Below, piece by piece: positions 1-8,549 of a stretch of DNA of 43,660 bases. This stretch comes from a bacterium (lineage in GTDB: Bacteria > Hinthialibacterota > Hinthialibacteria > Hinthialibacterales > Hinthialibacteraceae), in the NCBI GenBank assembly GCA_041946805.1, contig JBHGBC010000035.1, positions 1 to 43,660 on the forward strand, read 5' to 3'. The notes beneath the pieces are model-generated. The model was not told where the DNA came from. It did no database searches and worked only from the letters and a program-made list of their open reading frames with translations. Positions within the stretch are counted from its first letter, which is position 1; every line of letters begins with the position of its first letter. The position numbers and the translations under genes were made by a program.

Positions 1-60
1 AAAGCCCTTTCGCCCCGCTGGGCTTCTCTGGAATTGGTTGGAGTCTTGCCTTCATGGGAA

Positions 61-109
61 TCCCCTTCAGGGGACGGCTTTCCAGCAGCCCAGGGTTTTA
101 ACCCTGGGC
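61..109. repeat. REP-like composite palindrome (TCCCCTTCAGGGGACGGCTT...GCCCAGGGTTTTAACCCTGGGC)
   Basis: Two adjacent hairpins. The same unit recurs at ~19889-19938 and ~23494-23542 and, degenerate, at ~43013-43061. A lone right hairpin lies at 265-286. Confidence 0.8.
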
Positions 110-364
110 CAAGAGCGTCGTAGGTACGCACTTCCCGGATGAACCTTTTTTTATTTTTCCATCCGGGGATTTTGCGCGGATGGGACAACTTGGTTCTGGT
201 GAGTTTCCGGCCTGAATATGGAAATGCGGGATGGCCAGGCCGGCGCCAACAGCGCTTTTAAACTAGCCCAGGGTTTCAGCCCTGGGAGATTGCTTCTCTA
301 TGCCTTTGAAAGAGAGGGGGGGCGCATGACTCGGGGATCCCGAGCCGGTTTTATCCCGGCCGGA

Positions 365-1261
365 TCACATGACCGAGGCCAGGTTGGGATGCACCTTGAC
401 CGATTCCGGCAGTTCATATTCGAAGAATCCCTTGCCGGTTTTGACGCCCAAACGGCCCGCGCGGATCATTTTCTTCAAGAGCGGGCAGGGGCGGTACTTG
501 ATATCCCCCAGTTCATGGAACAGGTGTTCCATTTGAAACACCACGGTATCCAGGCCCATCGCGTCCGCCAGATGCAAGGGGCCCATCTCCAGGCCGCAAC
601 CGAGAACCATGGCCTTGTCAATATCCTCCGCCGAGGCCACACCCTCCATCAGGGCGAACACGGCTTCGTTGATCATGGGAACCATGACCCGGGTGGTGAC
701 ATAGCCCGGCCACTCGAAGACCTCGATCGCGGTCTTGTGCAGGGTGATGGCGAATTCGCGCACCGCCTGGTAGGTTTGGTTGCTGGTCGAAAGTCCCCGC
801 ACGATTTCCACCAGCGGCTTTTTCGGCACCGGCGGCTGGAAATGCATTCCGATGAACTGCTCCGGCCGGCCGGAATAAAAGCCCAGATTACTCACCGAAA
901 GCGTGGAAGTATTGGTGGCGAAGATCACATCCATGCGGCAAATTTTACTTAAAATGTCATAAATCGCTTTCTTTCTTTCAATGTCCTCGTCCACCGCCTC
1001 GATCACCAGGTCGACTTCATTGAATTTCTCGTACGCCGTGGTGGTGCCGATCCGGGAGAGAATGATGCTCTTTTCCTTCTCCGTGATCCCCCACTTCGCC
1101 ACCTCGATATCCAGCGACGCCGAAATCCCCGCCAGCGCCCGGCCGATCGCCTCCTGATCCACTTCCTGAAAAATGACGGCAATACCGGCCTCGGCGGTGA
1201 CTTGAATGATCCCCTGGCCCATCGTACCGGCTCCCACGACTCCCACGCGTCGAATCGGCAT
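365..1261 (-). CDS. hbd: 3-hydroxybutyryl-CoA / 3-hydroxyacyl-CoA dehydrogenase
   Basis: GAGTMG Rossmann motif, EAVDE..K, ATNTSTLS, GMHF, MGPLHLADAMGLD, GRLGVKTGKGFFEY. SD AAAGGA upstream. Confidence 0.93.
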   Translation of the reverse strand: MPIRRVGVVGAGTMGQGIIQVTAEAGIAVIFQEVDQEAIGRALAGISASLDIEVAKWGITEKEKSIILSRIGTTTAYEKFNEVDLVIEAVDEDIERKKAIYDILSKICRMDVIFATNTSTLSVSNLGFYSGRPEQFIGMHFQPPVPKKPLVEIVRGLSTSNQTYQAVREFAITLHKTAIEVFEWPGYVTTRVMVPMINEAVFALMEGVASAEDIDKAMVLGCGLEMGPLHLADAMGLDTVVFQMEHLFHELGDIKYRPCPLLKKMIRAGRLGVKTGKGFFEYELPESVKVHPNLASVM

Positions 1262-1386
1262 GATTCATTCCTTTCTTGTTTTCGTGAATCCAGTCTTCAT
1301 TTCTTGACCTCGGACGCGGGCGCTTCCTCCCCGCACGCGTCCGGCTCTTTCACTATACCCAATCCTTGAGTTTATATCCATCCGGT

Positions 1387-1809
1387 TCAATGGACCGGAT
1401 GAGGAGGCACGGATGGTTTCCGGTCATGATATCCCGCCGTTTTCAATAATTTTCGCGCCAGGGCCAGCAGCGTGTCCTTGCGGAACGGCTTCACCAGGCA
1501 GTCCAGGGGGGGATTCCACATAGACCGGTGATCGGATTCCGGACAGGCCGTTATCACAATGATGGGCAACGCGGGATACCGGTTCCGTAATACTTGGATG
1601 AGGGAATGGCCGTCCATGCGGGGCATCTGCAAATCGGTAATGACCAAGTCGAAGCGGCCCTGTTCGATCAGATCCAGGGCGGCTTCTCCATCCATGGCGG
1701 TGGCCACGTGGTATTCACCGGTGGGAAAACAGGTCCGTAAGGTAGACCGGAAGGCCAGATCGTCGTCCACTATCAAAATCGAGAATTTCAACCCGCTGGA
1801 ACCCGTCAT
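1387..1809 (-). CDS. Single-domain response regulator (receiver)
   Basis: ILIVDDD, phospho-Asp in ITDLQMPRMDG, IIVITA, KPF. No output domain. Confidence 0.88.
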   Translation of the reverse strand: MTGSSGLKFSILIVDDDLAFRSTLRTCFPTGEYHVATAMDGEAALDLIEQGRFDLVITDLQMPRMDGHSLIQVLRNRYPALPIIVITACPESDHRSMWNPPLDCLVKPFRKDTLLALARKLLKTAGYHDRKPSVPPHPVH

Positions 1810-1972
1810 GATGCATTCTCAACTGAACCGCTGGGACGATGTTATGGATCTCCCCCACCCCGGAACTGCCGGAGGGACAGGTTGGACGCCTTCGAAATAT
1901 CAATTTCATTATAGCACAGGTATGGAGAGATGACCAACCCGCGGTATCTCAATCCGTGGGCGGGAGACCCCA

Positions 1973-3778
1973 TCACGGGGAAGAGGATTGCCGCACGGCA
2001 TGCGTTGTGTCGGCCGCCAGGGATCGGGGATCCGGCAGCGATTGGCAGGTTCCGTCCGGCCATGTGATCTCCACGGATTGGATGGCCGGCGTTTCTCCCA
2101 GGCCGAAGGTCAGGGTCAACTCGCTTTGGCTGAGATAGGATGAGCCGGTACGCACCCAGGCGGATTGCGTTCTTCCGTTTGACCGCAACGCCACCCGCGC
2201 CCCGATGGCGCCGATGTTGGGCGGCCGGCCGGTCAGATGAAAGCGGATGAAGTGGTTCCGCGCACCCGCGGTGGTATTGCGCAGCAGGCGGGGGGCTTCG
2301 CCGCAAGCGGTGATCAGCAGGTCAAGGTCACCGTCTCCGTCGATATCGCCATAGGCTAGGCCCCGTCCCACCATCGGCCGCGAAAAATCCTCCCCGGCCG
2401 CTTGGGTATACTCCTCGAAACGATGGCCTTCCCCATGGCGAAAGAGTTGCGGAGGCTGAGCGAAGGCCACCTCTTTTTCCACTTTCTGGATTTCCGGTTC
2501 GATATGCCCATTGGCCAGGGCCAGATCCAGGAATCCATCGAGATCGAAATCGAAGAACGCGAGGCCGAAGGTCAGGGAGAGCAGCGTGGGGCGGCTGATC
2601 CGCGCGCGTCCGGCGGCGTCCACGAAAAACAGGGGGCGCTCCAGGTAGTACAGGGAAACCGGCTCGTGGCTGAAATTGCCGATCGCCAGAGTCAGGCGGT
2701 CCTGGTAAACGGGAGCCGCGTCGATGCCCATGCCCGCCCGCGCGCGGCCGTTTTCGTCGAAGGCGATGCCGGCTGACAGGCCCTTTTCCACGAAAGTCCC
2801 ATCGCCTTGGTTCATGTACAAAAAATTCGGCTGACTGTCGTTGGCGATGGCGGCGTCCAGATACCCGTTGCCGTCGGCATCGGCCAGGGCGGCGCCCAAT
2901 GCCTTGGCCTGGGGATTCCAGATCCCCGACTCGCGCGTAACGTCCCGGAACGTCCCGTCGCCCTGGTTGCGGTAGAGCAAGGGCGAAAGGCCTTCATAGA
3001 GGTCCGGCGTGGTAAACGATTTCCCCAGTCCCACCCGCGTGGTGTAGATATCGTTCTCGATCGACCATTTCACATAATGGCAGACCAGCAAATCCAGCCA
3101 ACCGTCGTGGTCATAATCGAAAAACGCGGCGCTGGTGGACCAGTAAGGATGCCGGCGGCCCTCCGCGTCTTCCCAACTGGGAGAGGCCAGGCCGGCGGCT
3201 TGCGTGATGCCGGTGAATGTGCCGTCTCCGTTGTTGCGGTACAAGCGGCAGCCGTCGAGCACGGCGGTCAGGAAGAGATCCGAATCGCCGTCGCCGTCAT
3301 AATCAGCCATGGCGCATCCCATGCCGTAGAGGCACTCCCGCAAACCCGCCTTTTCGGTGACTTCCACGAAATGGCCCGTGCCATCGTTTTCGTAAAGGGC
3401 GGGGTAACTGGGAGGGGAGTTGGCGTGTCCGGGATCGAAATAGCGGGCATTGACCAGCAAGAGATCCAGATCGCCGTCGTTGTCATAATCGAAAAATCCC
3501 CCGCCCGAACCTAGGGTTTCGGGGAGATATTTCTTACCCGAATACCCATTTTGATGGACGAAAGCGATCCCCGCCGCGCGGGTGATGTCGATAAAGCGGA
3601 CGGGGGGAGTTTCTTCCCGTTTATCCGGCGTGGGGGCTGGCCGGGCGTAGGTTTCCGGCTTGGGCGCCGGCGGTGGGGGAGGGGTTCGATCCCCGCAGCC
3701 GGCGGTCCACAGGACGGGAAAAATGAAGGCTGCAACTGAAAATAGGAGACTGATTCGATGTTGATATTTGCGTATCAT
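1973..3778 (-). CDS. CRTAC1-family FG-GAP repeat / ASPIC-UnbV lipoprotein
   Basis: Lipobox TAGC and Pro-rich linker, repeated DYDNDGDLDL motifs and LYRNxGDGTF, C-terminal GSSYLSQSE..LTFGLG...WPDG. Confidence 0.92.
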   Translation of the reverse strand: MIRKYQHRISLLFSVAAFIFPVLWTAGCGDRTPPPPPAPKPETYARPAPTPDKREETPPVRFIDITRAAGIAFVHQNGYSGKKYLPETLGSGGGFFDYDNDGDLDLLLVNARYFDPGHANSPPSYPALYENDGTGHFVEVTEKAGLRECLYGMGCAMADYDGDGDSDLFLTAVLDGCRLYRNNGDGTFTGITQAAGLASPSWEDAEGRRHPYWSTSAAFFDYDHDGWLDLLVCHYVKWSIENDIYTTRVGLGKSFTTPDLYEGLSPLLYRNQGDGTFRDVTRESGIWNPQAKALGAALADADGNGYLDAAIANDSQPNFLYMNQGDGTFVEKGLSAGIAFDENGRARAGMGIDAAPVYQDRLTLAIGNFSHEPVSLYYLERPLFFVDAAGRARISRPTLLSLTFGLAFFDFDLDGFLDLALANGHIEPEIQKVEKEVAFAQPPQLFRHGEGHRFEEYTQAAGEDFSRPMVGRGLAYGDIDGDGDLDLLITACGEAPRLLRNTTAGARNHFIRFHLTGRPPNIGAIGARVALRSNGRTQSAWVRTGSSYLSQSELTLTFGLGETPAIQSVEITWPDGTCQSLPDPRSLAADTTHAVRQSSSP

Positions 3779-3809
3779 GAGAACGATAGTGGAATGAATG
3801 GCATTCGAT

Positions 3810-3843
3810 TTATAAAGAGGACAAAGTTATAAAGAGGACAAAG
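3810..3843. repeat. Exact 17-bp tandem duplication spanning a stop codon
   Basis: TTATAAAGAGGACAAAG at 3810-3826 and 3827-3843. Confidence 0.95.
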
Positions 3844-6745
3844 CCACCGGGCTCAGATCGTAAATAGGCAACGGCTGGCTGGATTCGTTGATCCAAGGAT
3901 GTTTCAACCGGAACTGCTGCGTGACCTGGGCGGCGGATTCGTCGATCTGATACAAGGTATAGGCCTTCTCCGCCTCGGCCGCCTCCGCCGTTTTCCCCAG
4001 CGCCCGGTAGCACAGCATGCGGTGGTAATGGGCCGCCCGGTCCTCGGGATCGATGGCCAGCACTTCCAGATAAGCCTTTAACGACTCCTCATAGCGGCCG
4101 TCCAGGTACAGGGTGCGCCCCAACTCGCTCCAGGCCCCGCGGTCCTCGGGGAAATAGGCCAACACCCGCTCGAAGGCCCGCGCCGCCTCGCCGTAGAGTC
4201 CTTCCTCTTTCTTCGTCAATCCCCAGAACCAGGCGGTTTGCGGGTCGCCCGGCTTCAAGGTTTCACATTGTTCAAGCAGCTGATAGGCCTCGGGAATGCG
4301 CCCCTCCAGAAGGGCCACCCGCGCCCGGTTGCGTGGGCCGTCCACCCGGTCCGGCCGCAGCTGGGCTACGCGCGTGAACGCCCAATCCGCCATCCGCCAA
4401 TCGCCCTGCAACAGGTAAGCGATGCCATAATCGTTGTAACGGATCCACAGGTTGCCGTCCTCCAGCATCTGCGGTGGGATGGGCGGCTGGACCTCCCCCG
4501 TATCCGGTCCCAAACGATCCACCACGGGAAGGGCCACTTCGGAGCGCGCCACCAAGGTTACGGGCAGATCGGGCGCCTTCATCCCCCGGAATACGGGCAG
4601 ATCGGGTACTTTCTCCCGGGAAAAAACGAACAAGGTGAAATCCAGGTTGAACTTGCGCCAGAGCAGTTCCGCGGTCAACACCAGGTTCCCGCCCGCCGCC
4701 TCGGCGGGAACCTCGAAGCGGTACCGGACACAATTCGCCGTGCCCGGGCCGATCACCCGCGAATACGCCGGCGTGTGGAAGTTCTGGGGATCCCGTTTCA
4801 GAACCGGCTGACTATGTCGGTCGACGAAGATCACTCTATAAAAATGCGCCCGGGGATCCACCTGCCCATCCTCTTCCATCGCCCCGCTTTCACATAACTT
4901 CCGGCCGGTTTCATCCTGAACGGTGAAATGGATCCACGCCTCGTTGGAGTCGTTGGTCCCTCCGGGAAAGGTATGCCCCACGCCCTGGTTGCGCACGACG
5001 ATGTCGATCTGCACGGTCTCGCCCGCCCGTAACGCCGGTTTTACCCGATCGAGCGGGGCGGCCGGATCATTGCCGTCTTCACGGCGCAGGGCGAAAAGAT
5101 CCACGCGCATCTTCTCTTCTTGCAGATATGTCTCGATGCGCTGGATCGTCTCCGTGTCTCCCCGCACCGCGGGCAAGGCTGTGTTCACCGCCAAAAAGCG
5201 GTGGGAGCGCACATGGCCGTTCTTGGCGCTGAAATCGAAAGTCCGCACCGGCTCGAGGGGCATGTGGCAATCCTGGCAGTTTTTGGCTTTCTCCGGCAAA
5301 TAGAACGTCCGCGCGGCGTTGCGCGCCACCCCGCTGTCATGCCAGTTGTCGTATTCGTTCTGGCCCCGCAGCCAGCGGTAATCGTTGATGGGAATATCCA
5401 GGGAAACCTTGTGGCACGTCAGACAGAACTCCGAGGACTGGTGAAACGGTTTCAGCATCTGCTTCTTGTGCACCGCCGGCTTGGATTTCACCATCAGATC
5501 ATGCGCCAGGCGGGCCGGCCCTCCCTTGGCCAGGACAAACAGGTAGGGCGAAGGCGCGGTGTCCATCAGGTTGTAATTGCCGTTCCCGGTCTTGCCGTGA
5601 ATCGCGTCGATGGCGTGGCATGCCAGGCAGGTCAGCCCGGCCTGCGATTCAGGCCAGTGGGGATCGATATCGCCCAGCATTTTGTCCGTGAACATCAAAA
5701 CGGGATCATGGCAGGCCCCGCACCATTGGCTGCGTCGCGGGCCGTTCGGCTCTTCGCGCAGATTTTCCACGCTGGCCTTGTAGAAGGGATTGTTGAAGGA
5801 GGAATAGCGGTGAGCCGAGGTTTTCCACTGTTGCACGATTTCCAGGTGGCAGCGCGCGCAGGTTTCCGCGCCGATCGGTTCATTGACCACAAAGCCATAT
5901 TTATCCAGATCCTTTTTATGACCCTCGGGGGTCGAGACATCGTTCAAGGTTAGGATCTGGCTGGATTTCCATTTCCCCTGCGAAATCGTCGTCGCCCGCG
6001 AGGGAAAAAACGGGCTGTCCGGTTTTCCTAAGTGCCGGGGATGAAAGGGGATGAAGGGATCGTGGAGTTCCTCGGGCTCGGATTTCGCCTCCCGCGCGGA
6101 CTGGCTCACTTCCCCCTGGAGTGAAGCGGCAAGATTGGCTCCATGGATTCCATACTCATGAATCCCCAGGAACAATGCGGACAACCCCGCAATTCCTCCC
6201 AATCCCCACGCGAAACGGCGGGTCAACGGCGGCAGAACCGCCACCAGACGATGACTTACATATAATAGAGGAACACATACCGCCAATACCCGGTGAGAGT
6301 AAAAAATCCACTGGTTTTGCGTGCTGTTCGCCTCCGACAATATAAAGAGTCCCGAAACCGCCAGACAGACCGACGCCGCCACGAGTAACACACCGTACCG
6401 GATCGCTTGGATATTCTTGCGATGCCACGCGCGGCGGACATGCCCGGTCACGAAAACGATCGCTAAACCCAACAAGATCAGCCCGCCAAAGACATGACCC
6501 AGCAGCATCGCTTGGTAAAATTTCGGCAACGCTTCTTCTCCGGGAGGCGTGGGAGGACCGGACAGAGTCTGGATTCCCGCCTTGCCATACGCCGATACGG
6601 AATTGGCCGGCGGGGCCTTTGGGGATGGACGTTCGTGGGGGGATGTGACAAACAGATACGCGGAGTTGGCGATGGCCAATCCCCCCAGGACCAAGACGCA
6701 AATCAGTGTGCCTTTTTGGAATGGGGTCATGATGGAAGTACTCAT
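3827..6745 (-). CDS. Membrane-anchored pentaheme cytochrome c with N-terminal His-bearing TM bundle and C-terminal TPRs
   Basis: About 5 hydrophobic helices with His pairs (GHVFGG..VTGH; SHRVLA..VSH), five CxxCH (CARCH, CGACH, CLACH, CLTCH, CQDCH) and TPR-like helices in the last ~200 aa. Confidence 0.88.
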   Translation of the reverse strand: MSTSIMTPFQKGTLICVLVLGGLAIANSAYLFVTSPHERPSPKAPPANSVSAYGKAGIQTLSGPPTPPGEEALPKFYQAMLLGHVFGGLILLGLAIVFVTGHVRRAWHRKNIQAIRYGVLLVAASVCLAVSGLFILSEANSTQNQWIFYSHRVLAVCVPLLYVSHRLVAVLPPLTRRFAWGLGGIAGLSALFLGIHEYGIHGANLAASLQGEVSQSAREAKSEPEELHDPFIPFHPRHLGKPDSPFFPSRATTISQGKWKSSQILTLNDVSTPEGHKKDLDKYGFVVNEPIGAETCARCHLEIVQQWKTSAHRYSSFNNPFYKASVENLREEPNGPRRSQWCGACHDPVLMFTDKMLGDIDPHWPESQAGLTCLACHAIDAIHGKTGNGNYNLMDTAPSPYLFVLAKGGPARLAHDLMVKSKPAVHKKQMLKPFHQSSEFCLTCHKVSLDIPINDYRWLRGQNEYDNWHDSGVARNAARTFYLPEKAKNCQDCHMPLEPVRTFDFSAKNGHVRSHRFLAVNTALPAVRGDTETIQRIETYLQEEKMRVDLFALRREDGNDPAAPLDRVKPALRAGETVQIDIVVRNQGVGHTFPGGTNDSNEAWIHFTVQDETGRKLCESGAMEEDGQVDPRAHFYRVIFVDRHSQPVLKRDPQNFHTPAYSRVIGPGTANCVRYRFEVPAEAAGGNLVLTAELLWRKFNLDFTLFVFSREKVPDLPVFRGMKAPDLPVTLVARSEVALPVVDRLGPDTGEVQPPIPPQMLEDGNLWIRYNDYGIAYLLQGDWRMADWAFTRVAQLRPDRVDGPRNRARVALLEGRIPEAYQLLEQCETLKPGDPQTAWFWGLTKKEEGLYGEAARAFERVLAYFPEDRGAWSELGRTLYLDGRYEESLKAYLEVLAIDPEDRAAHYHRMLCYRALGKTAEAAEAEKAYTLYQIDESAAQVTQQFRLKHPWINESSQPLPIYDLSPVALSSL

Positions 6746-7391
6746 AACACCCTCTAATCCTGACTATTTTTATATATTTGATCAAGATGTCAGGTAATTC
6801 TAGCGCAAGTGTAGAATAGTTTTCAACGGGATCCGCGAAAAAATGGATCCAAGGGTCGTTCTTGGATTCATGGAGATAGGCCAGGTATGAACAAGAAACA
6901 CGTTCCCCAGGGGATTTTCCTTTGACAGATACATATATTGGTTAATTATTTATCTATTACAACCTGATCGCAACTTCGTGATTGACTTATAGTTCCATGA
7001 ATGCCCTGTGAATGTCTTGATCGTATTTATATATATTATGATCAAAATAATATGAAATAGTAATCCTAATGTTGATGATTTTAGTAATGTTTATTCACAG
7101 GACTGGTGCCCATTTTTATTAAAGAAGGTGGATAGGTTGGATCATTCTCGTCCATTCCTTCAATCCATACCGGTTAAACACCTAACCAAATTCTGGTTGT
7201 CCGGTCTTGCTCCATCCGTTTTATTTTGATAGTATGACCTTATGACTTGGATGAAATTGACTCTGATAAGCGATTATTTCCCAAGGTCGCGGTGATACTG
7301 GGGAATGGCGCTGGAAACCCAAGTGTTGGGCTGGGTTACGCAGACAATTGAAAGTCATGAACAAACATCATCCTTGAATGGCAGGTAACTC
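6746..7391. promoter_or_regulatory. AT-rich divergent promoter region
   Basis: 646-bp low-GC gap between divergent genes. TTGACA at 6922. Related AT-rich motifs ending in TGATCAA at ~6761-6785 and ~7017-7045. Confidence 0.6.
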
Positions 7392-8549
7392 ATGTTGATT
7401 GTCGCGGAAGGACCGGGTGATCTCGTCTTTCTCTCCTGGCTGGCCGATCCCACCCCGTGTTCGCTGGAAAAACTCGCCGAGCGGGCCTATGACGAATTGG
7501 CGGGCGAGATTCAATCCCGGCGCGCGGTTCTTCTAAGTGAACGGATCTACGGTTCCGTGGATTCGATTCCCCCGGTCTTGAAAATCCGTCAAGCGGTGTT
7601 GGAACGGCGCGGTTGTCCGGTGGAAGTCCCCCCCACGTGCGTGGAAGGCAAGCCGTTTTCCGGTTCCGGTTTCGCGGGGATTCACGCTCTCGCCCTCCGG
7701 TCTCCCTTGGTTCCGGACACGCCGGTGGTTTTCGAAGGCAAGGCTTGTGGCGCCAAGGCGCGGGGAAGTGACGCGGAATATCTCTGCCTGGCCGATGTGG
7801 GGCAACTCGCTCGCGGTTCTCAAGCCGTTACGCCGGCCGGGGAGGCCCGGACCGCGCTGACACTGGCGGAACAGATCCTGGAACAAGAGCGATGGTCGTT
7901 CCACGATGTCCGCCGGACATGGTTTTACCTCGACAATATTCTGGATTGGTACGGTGAATTCAACGCGGTACGCAACCAGGCCTTCAAACAAATGGGATTA
8001 TTGAACGGCAATCCCTTGACCCTGGTTCCCGCCAGCACGGGCATCCACGGCCGCAACGCCTTGGGAGGGTGGTGCACTCTGGATTTGCTGGCCATGAAAC
8101 CAGTGGAAGGCCAACCTTTTGAAACCCGGCGGTTGAAGAATCCCAAGCAGAACGAAGCCATCTCGTATGGATCGGCCTTTTCCCGGGGACTGTCTATCAA
8201 AACCGCCACGTCGATCTATCTGTTCGTGTCGGGTACCGCGTCAATCGACGAGCAGGGGAAAACCGTGCATTCCGGGAACTTCGAACGTCAAGTCCAGCGG
8301 ACGGTGGAAAACGTCGAAGCCCTGTTGACCTCGGCGGGCGCCCGTCTGGAGGATATCTGCCAAGCCACAACGTTTGTCAAGAATATCAACGATGTGGATC
8401 AATACGCCCAAATCGCCAGCCGGCTGGGAATCGATGAGATCCCCGCCATCAATACCATCGCCGATGTGTGCCGCGACGACCTGCTCTTCGAACTGGACGC
8501 GACGGTGGTTCTGCCCTGTTCTACCATAATCCATGAAACTCGGAAATAA
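7392..8549 (+). CDS. Large Rid (YjgF/L-PSP) superfamily protein, FkbO/Hyg5 chorismatase-like
   Basis: RTWFYL..I..WY..FN..R, PASTGI, NPKQ..A..YG.AFSR, SGTASID..G, VCRDDLLFELD. Confidence 0.8.
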   Translation: MLIVAEGPGDLVFLSWLADPTPCSLEKLAERAYDELAGEIQSRRAVLLSERIYGSVDSIPPVLKIRQAVLERRGCPVEVPPTCVEGKPFSGSGFAGIHALALRSPLVPDTPVVFEGKACGAKARGSDAEYLCLADVGQLARGSQAVTPAGEARTALTLAEQILEQERWSFHDVRRTWFYLDNILDWYGEFNAVRNQAFKQMGLLNGNPLTLVPASTGIHGRNALGGWCTLDLLAMKPVEGQPFETRRLKNPKQNEAISYGSAFSRGLSIKTATSIYLFVSGTASIDEQGKTVHSGNFERQVQRTVENVEALLTSAGARLEDICQATTFVKNINDVDQYAQIASRLGIDEIPAINTIADVCRDDLLFELDATVVLPCSTIIHETRK

